A stretch of DNA of 64,000 bases from Candidatus Enterousia sp. (lineage in GTDB: Bacteria; Pseudomonadota; Alphaproteobacteria; Rs-D84), in contig JAZRSO010000004.1 of assembly GCA_045651525.1 (NCBI GenBank), positions 17,127-81,126 of the forward strand. Direction: 5' to 3'. The notes beneath the pieces are model-generated. The model saw only the letters and a program-made list of their open reading frames with translations. It was not told the origin of the DNA and made no database searches. Each line of letters begins with the position of its first letter. The stretch's first letter is position 1. This document shows, piece by piece, positions 45,988-55,376 of this stretch. Both the position numbers and the translations under genes were made by a program.

Positions 45988-46830
45988 ATGAAACACATAC
46001 CTGTATTACTTGACAGTGTTTTAAATGCCTTGGGCAATATTGCCGGCAAGACGGTCGTAGATTGTACTTTTGGTGCAGGTGGTTATTCGCGTGCGTTTTT
46101 AAATGCTGGTGCGAATGTTATTGCGTTTGATAGGGATCCAAACGTTATTTCGGATGCAAATGCGATGATTGCAGAATTTGGCGAACGGTTTCAATTTATT
46201 CCACAAACTTTTTCGCATATATCTGAATTGGAATGTCGTATTGATGCGATTGTATTTGATTTGGGGATTTCTTCTATGCAGATTGATATTGCGTCGCGTG
46301 GTTTTTCGTTTCGTATGGATGCGCCACTTGATATGCGTATGTCTGAAACTGGGATGACAGCATCAAATTTAATTGAAAATACAAGTGTTTCTGATTTGGC
46401 TGAAATACTGCGCACATATGGCGATGTTAAAAAGGCGGGTCTGTTGGCGCGTGTGATAAAGGATGCCAGACCAAAAACAACATTTGCCCTGCGTGATTTG
46501 ATACACAATCCGCGTGATGTTGCACCTGTGTTCCAAGCGTTACGTATCGCTGTAAATGATGAGATGGGCGAACTGGAACGCGCGTTGGACGCGGTGCCGG
46601 GTTTGTTAAAATCTGGTGGCAAGTGTATTTGTGTTACCTTTCATTCATTAGAGGACAGAATTGTTAAGAATACTTTCCGAAAATGGACAACTGCATTGGG
46701 CGACCCACGTATGCCGGTGTTGGCCCCTGCCCCGTTTGAATTGATAAAGGCGGCAACCCCATCGGATGTGGAGCTGGAAAATAATTCACGGGCGCGTTCT
46801 GCGCATATGCGTGGCGTTATAAAGGTTTGA
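45988..46830 (+). CDS. rsmH: 16S rRNA m4C1402 methyltransferase RsmH (MraW).
   Basis: The N-terminus reads HIPVLLDSVLNAL...VDCTFGAGGYSRAFL. The C-terminus reads ICVTFHSLEDRIVKNTF. Confidence 0.9.
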   Translation: MKHIPVLLDSVLNALGNIAGKTVVDCTFGAGGYSRAFLNAGANVIAFDRDPNVISDANAMIAEFGERFQFIPQTFSHISELECRIDAIVFDLGISSMQIDIASRGFSFRMDAPLDMRMSETGMTASNLIENTSVSDLAEILRTYGDVKKAGLLARVIKDARPKTTFALRDLIHNPRDVAPVFQALRIAVNDEMGELERALDAVPGLLKSGGKCICVTFHSLEDRIVKNTFRKWTTALGDPRMPVLAPAPFELIKAATPSDVELENNSRARSAHMRGVIKV

Positions 46831-46834
46831 TAAT

Positions 46835-47221
46835 ATGAACAAAGAATACTTAAAACAACAAGTTGAATCTGCAGATAATACCAAAAAGGTAAACGCGTTG
46901 GATTTATCGTCTGACCAGGATTTGACGATTGGTCTGATGAACTTGCTGTTTATCGAAGATTATACTGGTGCGGGCGATTTGCACGATATGGTGGGTGAAA
47001 TACGCGGACGACTGATGGACAAGATTATAAAAAAATCAGATAAAAACAGATTGTTATCAGAAAAATTATTACTGGAATCAATGCGTTTGATTGAAATGGG
47101 TAACCAAGAAAGCGGTACGACCGCCTATGAATTATATAATCAGGCGTATGGGTATTATTCTATGTTTTGGGGATTAAATATGGGGTTGATTGATGCAGGG
47201 GATGTGAATTTAAAAAATTAG
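46835..47221 (+). CDS. Hypothetical cytoplasmic protein of 128 aa following rsmH.
   Basis: It is a clean ORF 5 nt after the rsmH stop. No recognizable motif was found. Confidence 0.45.
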   Translation: MNKEYLKQQVESADNTKKVNALDLSSDQDLTIGLMNLLFIEDYTGAGDLHDMVGEIRGRLMDKIIKKSDKNRLLSEKLLLESMRLIEMGNQESGTTAYELYNQAYGYYSMFWGLNMGLIDAGDVNLKN

Positions 47222-47280
47222 CTGTTGCGTCAAATGTGGAAAAAATGATAAAATGCAAAAAAGAGAGAAAGAAATTGAAG

Positions 47281-49761
47281 ATGAAGTTATCTAATTTTTG
47301 TCGGTTTTCTGTGGGTTTGATGGCGTTTTTATGTGTGTCATCTGTGATGGCAGATCAGGCGCCAAATCCACGCAGTGCGGTGGCTGTTAATTCTGCGCCA
47401 CGCACAAATACCAAGGTTGTAACACGTGGCAACGGTGATAATGGTGTGGTTGTAAACCGTACTGGTGCTGGGGTTGCGCGTACTGGGCGTGCTGATACAG
47501 TGGTGCGTTCTGGTCATAAAAATACAGTTGCACGTTCTGCTGCGCCGGTCGTGACAACGAATCGTTCTGCGGATACAACGGCACGCAGTGCATCCAGGGC
47601 CAAGGTTTCACGCAGTGCAACAATACCGGGCAAGGTCAATGCCCGTGCGGCGACAAACGTACCGACAAAATCTGGAATGGCGCGTGCGGCCAGTTTGGCA
47701 CGTGCGACGGCTGTATTTAATGATGTTTCCAAGATTGGCGGTGGTTACGCCCAATGTCGTGATTCTTATGCAACATGTATGGATCAGTTTTGTGCAAATG
47801 CGAATGATACATATCGCCGCTGTTTTTGCAGTCAACGTTTTTCCGACTTCCGCGATACAGAGGCTGCATTAGAAGAAGTAAAGGTATTATTGCAACGATT
47901 CGAAGATAATAATTTGAACGCTGTTGATAAAACCGCGGCCGAGGTTAATGCCATGTACACCGCCACTGTGGGCGAAGCGGCAATTAAAAACGACGTCAGT
48001 GGCGCACAAAATACATTGAATGAGATTAGCGATTTGTTAAGTGGCAAGAAAAAACCAGGGCAACAGGAAAAAGAAAATCCAATGGATATGTCCTTTGGGT
48101 TTGATATCAATATGGATGACCTGTGGGGCAGTACTAATTCCATGTTTGACAGTGGAAATCAGCGCACTAACGTCGCAGATTTAGAGGGGCAATCCCTGTA
48201 TAACGAAGTAAACAAACAATGCTTGGAATTTGTTACAGACACATGTACAACAGATGCTGTTTTAAATATGGCGACCAGTTCTTACAACGTTATGATTGCC
48301 CAGGATTGTAATTTGTATGAAAAGAAAATCGACGCCCAACGCGAAACAGTAATGAATACTGTGCGTCAGGCAGAAAAGATTCTGCGTCAGGCCAGACTAG
48401 AAGAATATCGTGCGCATAATTCTGCAGATGTTAACGAATGTTTGGCCAAGGTTCGTGATGCGATGTTGCAAGATACAGCGTGTGGCGAAAATTATAAACG
48501 TTGCTTGGATTATACCGGTAATTATATCAATTCAACAACAGGCGAACCGATTTACAGTGCAAAATTATTTAAATTGACAGAATTGATTAATCTGTTTGGT
48601 AGCACTGGTACATCATCTGACATTGTTGGTATGAATCCACAATACAGCAAATGGTTGGACGACAGACGTATGTTTGCAACAACGGCGCTGGATTCGTGCC
48701 GCGATATTGCAGATACGGTATGGAATGAATTTAAACGTGCCGCCATTATTGAAATTAACCAAGCGCAAGAGGCAAAAATAGAAGAAGTAAAGGCGTCTTG
48801 TGTAGCGACAATGGGTGAATGTTATGATACACAATCTGGCGCATTGAAAAGTTTTGATAAAACAACGGCGCAAATGTCTGGGGCGTTGGCGGCACAAACA
48901 GCACGTGCAATGTGTGCGGAAAAGGTATCTGCCTGTGCCGCATTGTATGGCAACAATGGCGCCAATGAATGTAAGTTTGATGCTTATGGCAAATTGACCA
49001 CGCCGGAAAAATGTGGTTTGGAAAAATTGTTGGACTTTGTTGGTTTGGTTGATTCTGTCAAAATTGCCGAGGGGTGTGCAGATGCCATGACCAAATATAC
49101 CAAGGAATTATGTGCACCGGCATCTGGTGATGAAAATCATGAATATCCATGGGGTTGCCGTGCATTAACTCATCAGGATTTAGCGGATAATTTGGCACGT
49201 CAGGCGGGTATTTATTGCGTTAATATTGAAGAAGGTGCACAGGGGTTGGATTCAAAATTAAAGACAGACTTGTTGAATAATTTGAAAACTGTTGAAAATT
49301 TATCTAATACGATTTCAAACGAAATTAGTGTAATGTTGGACAATGAATGTACAGAAAAGGGTGGTATTTGGATGTCTGCATCAGCAAGTAGTTGTAAATA
49401 TGCAGATAGTGGCGATAAGGCAAATCCGGTTAAGGCAGAGTGTACAATAAATATCGAACAGGCAGCGTTGGCATATGATGGTGATGTCCTGCAGCAGTTT
49501 TATACGGAACTTACAGGTAAAAGTAATACCGAAACAAATGGTAAATATTCGTCAAACATAGAAGAATATGGACGTTGCTATGAAAATTCTGTAAAAACAC
49601 AATGCGAATGGCAGGATGAATCCACCGGTGGTAATGGTTATGCCAAATATGAGAACGGTAAATGTATATTTGCAACAGGATGGTATGAATATCAGTGTAA
49701 GCAAATTGGCGGTTATTATGTTGATAGTCAGTGTTATATTGATCCATCTAACTATAACTAG
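47281..49761 (+). CDS. Large secreted protein of about 826 aa with an Arg/Ala/Thr/Ser-rich low-complexity region followed by a Cys-rich domain.
   Basis: The ATG at 47281 gives the signal peptide MKLSNFCRFSVGLMAFLCVSSVMA. Upstream in-frame starts at 47236 and 47245 are possible. The low-complexity region reads NRTGAGVARTGRADTVVRSGHKNTVARSAAPVVTTNRSADTTARSASRAKVSRSA. More than 30 Cys follow. Confidence 0.6.
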   Translation: MKLSNFCRFSVGLMAFLCVSSVMADQAPNPRSAVAVNSAPRTNTKVVTRGNGDNGVVVNRTGAGVARTGRADTVVRSGHKNTVARSAAPVVTTNRSADTTARSASRAKVSRSATIPGKVNARAATNVPTKSGMARAASLARATAVFNDVSKIGGGYAQCRDSYATCMDQFCANANDTYRRCFCSQRFSDFRDTEAALEEVKVLLQRFEDNNLNAVDKTAAEVNAMYTATVGEAAIKNDVSGAQNTLNEISDLLSGKKKPGQQEKENPMDMSFGFDINMDDLWGSTNSMFDSGNQRTNVADLEGQSLYNEVNKQCLEFVTDTCTTDAVLNMATSSYNVMIAQDCNLYEKKIDAQRETVMNTVRQAEKILRQARLEEYRAHNSADVNECLAKVRDAMLQDTACGENYKRCLDYTGNYINSTTGEPIYSAKLFKLTELINLFGSTGTSSDIVGMNPQYSKWLDDRRMFATTALDSCRDIADTVWNEFKRAAIIEINQAQEAKIEEVKASCVATMGECYDTQSGALKSFDKTTAQMSGALAAQTARAMCAEKVSACAALYGNNGANECKFDAYGKLTTPEKCGLEKLLDFVGLVDSVKIAEGCADAMTKYTKELCAPASGDENHEYPWGCRALTHQDLADNLARQAGIYCVNIEEGAQGLDSKLKTDLLNNLKTVENLSNTISNEISVMLDNECTEKGGIWMSASASSCKYADSGDKANPVKAECTINIEQAALAYDGDVLQQFYTELTGKSNTETNGKYSSNIEEYGRCYENSVKTQCEWQDESTGGNGYAKYENGKCIFATGWYEYQCKQIGGYYVDSQCYIDPSNYN

Positions 49762-49812
49762 ACATAGGAAACATTTATAAAACATAAAACTTAAATAAAA
49801 GAGAACATAATT

Positions 49813-51111
49813 ATGAGAAAAAGTGTTTGTTTTGCGGTATTAATGACTTTGTTGGGAACAAATAATTTGTTCGCTGCTCAGCGTTCCGATGGTGCAATTT
49901 TTCGTGATAAATGGAAAGTTGAAAGCTTTAATAATGAATGGACCTGTAAAGGTTGTATTACAGATACTGGAATTAATGTTAGAACAAGTAGTTATACGTA
50001 TTTTAATACCGATATGGGTAGTTATGGAAATTATGGTGCTGTTTACTATGTTGCACATGAAATGGTTGAAGGTGGTGCAAAGTTTTGTAAAACAATAATT
50101 GCGGCAGATCGTGGCAATTGCCATGGTAACCCATATACTACATATTATAAATCTGGTGACGATTGTTTTTGGTTATGTGAATCTGGTTATCATGGTGCGG
50201 GGTGTGCCAAGGTTAATGATGGCGCGGCTGATACATGTCAATCGTTTGAGCGGTTTGTAGAACATACACCCAAAACACATTTGAGTTCTTATACCCCTAG
50301 CACAGATATTGATACAACGATACCAATGTTTTATTATGGGGTATATAAATCCTGTTCGGGAAACAACATGTCATGTTTAAATTCAAGTAAGGGACAAGAG
50401 CATGATGTTGTGCTGGCAATTAGCGAAATAAAAAAGGACACATCAGATTCTTCTTTAGAAATTTATGCTCAACCTTTGGTGGTACGTGCTGGTGGGACTA
50501 GCCAATGTTTGTATGGTGGACAGTACCATGCGTGGCCGTTTTTTTTATGGGTATCAGACTCAGAATTATTATGTCCAGAGGGTTGGGTGCATAAAAATGG
50601 AAAATGTGTGGTAGATGACGCGTCTGAGGCATGTCATTTGGCGAATTTATGTGGTGGTTTTCCAAAGGAAAAATTCGACCCTAAAATATATTATACAAAA
50701 AAGTCTATTATCGATAACTGCTATGAATATCGTTGTAATAGTGGTACGGCATTTACATCCAAGGATGATTTGACGTGTACGCCATGTGCACCGGCCGATG
50801 CCGAAATTCCAGAATTGTATTATGTGCCTAATGATGGGCTATGCCATTCTTGTAACAAGGGAAAATGGCCTGTTGCACTAACACAAACTGTGGAAAATAA
50901 AGAAGTTCCTAGTGGTGAGTACGATTGTAAGGACGCAAAACCATTTACACATAATGAATTGCAATATGGACAAAAAACTGTTCCAGATACGGTTACAGTT
51001 AATCAATGTTGGACCAAGCAAAATCCTGATGATTTCTTTGGTTGTGTGACAGGCAAGTGTTCAAATGGTAAATCGTGGACAAAAGATGGCGATTGTGAGG
51101 GGGGGGAATAA
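49813..51111 (+). CDS. Secreted Cys-rich protein of 432 aa with CxxGY/CxxGW-type repeats.
   Basis: The signal peptide is MRKSVCFAVLMTLLGTNNLFA. Motifs include DDCFWLCESGYHGAGC and CPEGWVHKNGKC. The protein contains about 38 Cys. Confidence 0.6.
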   Translation: MRKSVCFAVLMTLLGTNNLFAAQRSDGAIFRDKWKVESFNNEWTCKGCITDTGINVRTSSYTYFNTDMGSYGNYGAVYYVAHEMVEGGAKFCKTIIAADRGNCHGNPYTTYYKSGDDCFWLCESGYHGAGCAKVNDGAADTCQSFERFVEHTPKTHLSSYTPSTDIDTTIPMFYYGVYKSCSGNNMSCLNSSKGQEHDVVLAISEIKKDTSDSSLEIYAQPLVVRAGGTSQCLYGGQYHAWPFFLWVSDSELLCPEGWVHKNGKCVVDDASEACHLANLCGGFPKEKFDPKIYYTKKSIIDNCYEYRCNSGTAFTSKDDLTCTPCAPADAEIPELYYVPNDGLCHSCNKGKWPVALTQTVENKEVPSGEYDCKDAKPFTHNELQYGQKTVPDTVTVNQCWTKQNPDDFFGCVTGKCSNGKSWTKDGDCEGGE

Positions 51112-51204
51112 TACCTAAATACCAATATTTGGGCAATGCTCAGGTTGCTACAAAATAATACTCTGATTGCCACTTTAAACAGTATGTATGTGGAACAAAA
51201 ATAA

Positions 51205-51232
51205 AAATCCCCGTTTTGGGGATTTTTTTACG
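51205..51232 (+). terminator. Terminator of the ATCCCC/GGGGAT type preceding the GC-rich repeat.
   Basis: aaaaATCCCCgttttGGGGATttttttacg. Confidence 0.6.
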
Positions 51233-51250
51233 CCCCCTTTATCACTCTTA

Positions 51251-51999
51251 CCGTCATACCTGCCTTTACCGTCATACCGGCGCAGGCCGGTATCCATTGC
51301 GTTCGTATTTCTTTGGCTTTGGTGGAATGCAGTGGACCCCGACCTGCGTCGGGGTGACGCCAGAATAAACCCTTTGTCACGCCTGCGCGGGAATGACAAA
51401 AGAGAACAAACCCACCCCGTCCGCTTCGCGGGCACCCCCCCCCGCAGGGGGCGGAACGCCCCGGCGACGGAGGGGAACTTACCACCGGTTTTAAGTTCTC
51501 CTCCCTGGGAGGAGTACGGCGCAGCCGGGAGGTGGGTTGCCCCTGCCCCCGTGTGGGGCGAGGAATAAATACCCCCCCCGTGGTGCCTGATGCACACCAC
51601 CCCTCCGTAGGAGGGGAATTTTACTCCCTGCCCCTTTTTTGTCACGCCTATCGTAGGCAGGAGTGGGACTATACAGTGTGAAAAAAAATTCGTCATACCG
51701 GCGTAGGCCGGTATCCATTGCGTTCGTATTTCTTTGGTTTTGGTGGAATACAGTGGGGACCGACCTGCGGGGGGGTGGCGGGGTAGTTGGATTTTTGTCA
51801 CGCCTGCGGGGGAATGACAAAAGAGAACAAACCCACCCCGTCCGCTTCGCGGCCACCCCTCCCCGCAGGGGGCGGAACGCCCCGGCGACGGAGGGGAACT
51901 TACCACCGGTTTTAAGTTCTCCTCCCTGGGAGGAGTACGGCGCAGCCGGGAGGTGGGTTGCCCCTGCCCCCTTTTTTTGTCATGCCTATCGTAGGCAGG
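51251..51999. repeat. GC-rich, hairpin-dense composite element duplicated in tandem. Copy A (about 51271-51691) carries an 86-bp insertion relative to copy B (about 51692-51999). It is a REP/RIME-like or structured-RNA candidate.
   Basis: The two copies are about 90% identical with a 421-bp period. Both start gtcataccggcGYAGgccggtatccattgcg. Internal palindromes include ATACCGGCgcagGCCGGTAT, CCCCGACctgcGTCGGGG, GGGGAACTTAccACCGGTttTAAGTTCTCC and CTCCTCCCtggGAGGAG. A long-range pair joins AAACCCACC and GGTGGGTT. Local GC is much higher than in the flanking sequence. Confidence 0.8.
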
Positions 52000-52074
52000 G
52001 GTGGGGAAAAGGTGCAAAGAAAGAATAAAAAAATATATTGGAATTGTGTTTGTTTGCTGTTATTATGCCAATGC

Positions 52075-53247
52075 ATGAAAAAGAATTTAATCGCAATATT
52101 ACTGAGTGTTATTACAACTGTGGCAAATGCAGGGTTTCAAACACGTGCAAAATCAGCCTTTTTAATAGATTATGATTCCGGTGTGGAAATCGTCGCAAAA
52201 AATGCCGATGTGTTAATGCCACCCTCTTCTATGATAAAACTGATGACGTTGGCAGTATTGTTCGATGAAATTAAAAATGGTAATTTGACGTTGGATTCTG
52301 TGCTGACTGTCGGGAAAAATGCAGACTATAACCGCCCAGAATGGTATCCGGCCAGTAAAATCTGTCTGGTCGCCGGTCAGACAATTACTGTGCGTGATTT
52401 AATACTGGGAATTATTGTGCTGTCTGGTGGTGATGCGTCTGTTGTCGTTGCAGAACATATTGCGGGGTCTGAAAATGCATTTACCGGTAAAATGACAGAA
52501 TTGGCGCGCGATATCGGTATGAATCAGTCAACATTCGGTAATGCCAGTGGTCTGCCCGATCCAAACAATCTGATGACCAGTCGTGAACTGGCAATGTTGG
52601 CAAATCATCTGATTTCTGAACATTCTGAATTATATTCAATGTTTGGTACAAAACGTTTTGAATATGATGGTCATCAATCAGACTGGTGCCGTGAATGGGG
52701 GCGTACACATACACTGAATTACAACAAACTGTTGTTCAATATGCGTGGCGCAGATGGTTTGAAAACTGGACATACGGCCGACGGTGGTTATGGTATGGTT
52801 GCCAGCGCCAAGGTTGGTGGTCGTCGCCTGGTTGGTGTTATAAATGGCTTTAACGGCAAGGGGCATGATGCCTTGGCGACCGAAATGAAAAAATTGATGG
52901 AATATGGGTATCAAAATACAGTTGGCAAAGTGTTCTTTGACGCAAATGAAAAAATTACAGAAATTCCTGTTTGGTATGGTGTAAAGCCGACTGTTGTTGC
53001 AACTGTGGCAAAGCCTTTTGCTGTAACAGTTGATAAAAAAGATGGTTTAAAAAATATTCGCGTGTTGGCACGCTATGACGAACCGATTGCGGCACCTGTG
53101 CGTGTGGGCGATGTTGTTGGCGAACTGATTGTAGAACAAAATGGTCGTGTTATTGCGCGCGCACCAATGATTGCGCAAAACAAGGTTCGTAAAACAATAC
53201 TGTTCGGACGCGTGTTTAAAAATATCAAAGTATTATTGGGATTGTAA
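52075..53247 (+). CDS. Serine-type D-Ala-D-Ala carboxypeptidase (PBP5/DacA-like, S11).
   Basis: The listed ORF start lies inside the repeat, so it was trimmed to the ATG at 52075 (MKKNLIAILLSVITTVANA). The active-site motifs SMIK, SGD (LSGGDAS) and the NASGLPD box are present. Confidence 0.8.
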   Translation: MKKNLIAILLSVITTVANAGFQTRAKSAFLIDYDSGVEIVAKNADVLMPPSSMIKLMTLAVLFDEIKNGNLTLDSVLTVGKNADYNRPEWYPASKICLVAGQTITVRDLILGIIVLSGGDASVVVAEHIAGSENAFTGKMTELARDIGMNQSTFGNASGLPDPNNLMTSRELAMLANHLISEHSELYSMFGTKRFEYDGHQSDWCREWGRTHTLNYNKLLFNMRGADGLKTGHTADGGYGMVASAKVGGRRLVGVINGFNGKGHDALATEMKKLMEYGYQNTVGKVFFDANEKITEIPVWYGVKPTVVATVAKPFAVTVDKKDGLKNIRVLARYDEPIAAPVRVGDVVGELIVEQNGRVIARAPMIAQNKVRKTILFGRVFKNIKVLLGL

Positions 53248-53249
53248 AT

Positions 53250-54155
53250 ATGGCACCACGTAAAAAAGCGACTTCTTCGTATAACTTTCCGCATCCGATG
53301 GATAATGATTATCTGGTCGGACATACGGAAACATTAAACAACTTTTTAAATGCGTGGAATAACAGGGATAATCATCCAATACACCCTGTGTGGATGCTGA
53401 CTGGGCCAAATGGTATCGGCAAGGCAACGTTGGCATATAAAATCGCCAAGATGGTTTATGGAAATGTCGGGGACTTTTTCATAATTGACCAAGATAGAAA
53501 TCTTGATAAAGACGGCAAACTAAAACCAGATGGCAAGGTTATATCGGTCTATACCGTGCGTGCGATGATTGAAAAAATGCAGATGTCGTCTATGTCCGGC
53601 GATTGGCGTGTGGTGTTGATTGATTCTGTGGATCAATTAAACACCGCTGCATCAAACGCAATCCTGAAATTGTTGGAAGAGCCACCTGCAAAAACATTGT
53701 TCTTGTTGGTTGTACATCAATTGGCAAATGTTTTGCCAACTGTGCGTTCGCGTGCACGCGTTGAAAAAATGCGTCCGCTGACCATATCGCAACTGCGTGA
53801 GTTGTGTGTAAAGTTCTTGCCCGAAGAAGACGTAAGTACAGAAACATTAAAACTGGCAAACGGCAGTTTTGGTAAAATCGCAAGTCTGAAACAAACTGGT
53901 GGCGATGAAATATATGCCGATTTAATTGGTGTCTTGGAAAATCCGCGCGCAAACAGTGGCGATATTATGGCTATCGCAAAGAAAATAGCCGCAGACGCCG
54001 CACTGCATGGAATCTTGCTGGATGCAATCGCGCGATTTGGTTTGGCTGAATTGTATCCACTGGCGACAAAGACGATAAATGATATGAAAACTGTCTATTT
54101 GGAACCTGAAACAGGTATATTCAAAATCATTATGGAAATTAAAAAATGTTTATAG
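53250..54155 (+). CDS. holB: DNA polymerase III delta-prime subunit.
   Basis: An AAA+ clamp-loader fold is present (LTGPNGIGKATLAY, VLIDSVDQLN, SRA motif). The protein is 301 aa and lies upstream of tatD, as in many alphaproteobacteria. Confidence 0.75.
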   Translation: MAPRKKATSSYNFPHPMDNDYLVGHTETLNNFLNAWNNRDNHPIHPVWMLTGPNGIGKATLAYKIAKMVYGNVGDFFIIDQDRNLDKDGKLKPDGKVISVYTVRAMIEKMQMSSMSGDWRVVLIDSVDQLNTAASNAILKLLEEPPAKTLFLLVVHQLANVLPTVRSRARVEKMRPLTISQLRELCVKFLPEEDVSTETLKLANGSFGKIASLKQTGGDEIYADLIGVLENPRANSGDIMAIAKKIAADAALHGILLDAIARFGLAELYPLATKTINDMKTVYLEPETGIFKIIMEIKKCL

Positions 54156-54898
54156 ATACACATTGTCATTTGACTGATAAATATACAGATGGTTTAGATG
54201 CTGTAATTCAAAATGCACATGATGCAAATGTCGGTCTTATGATTTGCCCAACTGCAGACCCAAATGATATAGACAGTGCGCTTAGAATCGCAAATACATA
54301 TAATAATATTTTTTGCACGATTGGAATTCATCCTGAATACTGTAATGCAAATGCCGTTGATTTTCTGACAGATGATGTGTTGCGCAATCCGCGCGTTGTT
54401 GGTATTGGTGAAATCGGGTTAGACTATCATTACAGCCCAGAAACCAGAAATGCGCAAATCAAACTGTTTGAACAACAGTTGGAAATTGCAAAAAAATATG
54501 ACTTGCCCGTGGCGATTCATACGCGTGACGCCGAAGAAGATACTGCTGCGATTTTAAATGGTGATGTGCGTGGTGTTATGCACTGTTATACCAGTTCATG
54601 GGATTTGGCAAAAAAAATGCTGGATCGTGGATTTTTCTTTTCTGCCAGTGGGATTTTAACCTTCAAAAATTCTGATGAAGTGCGTGAAACTTTTGCAAAA
54701 ATTCCACTGGATAAAATTGTTATTGAAACAGATGCGCCATATTGTGCGCCTGTGCCACATCGGGGTAAAATTTGCGAACCGTGTATGGTTGTTGAAACAG
54801 CACGTGTATTGGCACAGATAAAAAATGTAGATTTAAATGACTTGGAAAAAGTCTTGATGGAAAATGTGAAAAGACTGTATCCGAAAATTCAATTTTAA
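54146..54898 (+). CDS. tatD: TatD-family metal-dependent DNase.
   Basis: The N-terminus (MFIDTHCHL) and the central/C-terminal segments (GEIGLDYHY, AIHTRDAEED, IETDAPY) match TatD. It overlaps the holB stop. Confidence 0.85.
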   Translation: MFIDTHCHLTDKYTDGLDAVIQNAHDANVGLMICPTADPNDIDSALRIANTYNNIFCTIGIHPEYCNANAVDFLTDDVLRNPRVVGIGEIGLDYHYSPETRNAQIKLFEQQLEIAKKYDLPVAIHTRDAEEDTAAILNGDVRGVMHCYTSSWDLAKKMLDRGFFFSASGILTFKNSDEVRETFAKIPLDKIVIETDAPYCAPVPHRGKICEPCMVVETARVLAQIKNVDLNDLEKVLMENVKRLYPKIQF

Positions 54899-54925
54899 AA
54901 CCCGCATTTCGCGGGTTTTGTTATT
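54897..54925. terminator. Bidirectional terminator.
   Basis: AAAACCCGCAtttcGCGGGTTTTgtta lies between the tatD stop and the convergent orphan gene stop. Confidence 0.65.
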
Positions 54926-55376
54926 TATGATTTTCCATTAAAGAATCCAATATTGTTTGTGTTAATACGGGTGTGTCGTAATCAAATTTAAACACATTAC
55001 CCAATTGTTGGATTCTTGTTTTATTCTTTGTATTGCGTAACGAAACATATACACTGTCGCAATAATTTTTATCGTGATATGTGTATGTGTCAAAACCCAA
55101 ATCAATCAACAGTTTTTTTACATAATTGCGTACATATGTTATTTTTGAATATGATTTATCGCGTAAAATATTTCTGCGAATTTTTGGTTTAAATGTTATT
55201 GTGTCTTTTGTAAAAACAATGTGACATATTGCATTAAGTTCGTCGATTATCTTTTTGTTTTTCCCGAATTTATTTGCAATTGCATAAATAAAACAAGGGT
55301 TGTTTAGTTTGCTTTTTGTGTGCAAATAATTGAATAATGAGTAATATACCATCTCATCAATATTATACTTTGACAT
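54921..55376 (-). CDS. Hypothetical protein of 151 aa, very AT-rich and Lys/Asn/Tyr-rich. It may be foreign.
   Basis: It is a clean ORF with an AAGGA Shine-Dalgarno sequence. Its composition is strongly skewed relative to its neighbours. No motif was found. Confidence 0.45.
   Translation of the reverse strand: MSKYNIDEMVYYSLFNYLHTKSKLNNPCFIYAIANKFGKNKKIIDELNAICHIVFTKDTITFKPKIRRNILRDKSYSKITYVRNYVKKLLIDLGFDTYTYHDKNYCDSVYVSLRNTKNKTRIQQLGNVFKFDYDTPVLTQTILDSLMENHK

Noticed and set aside
51175-52028. Long ORFs in all frames across the GC-rich repeat (51175..52017 on the minus strand, 280 aa; 51188..51568 +; 51663..52028 +; 51491..51856 -; 51228..51485 -).
   Set aside because: These are Pro/Gly/Arg-rich nonsense translations of a GC-rich palindromic repeat. 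The frames are open only because stop codons are rare in GC-rich DNA. The two copies differ by indels that would break any real frame. The dacA-like gene starts at the ATG at 52075, not 51958.
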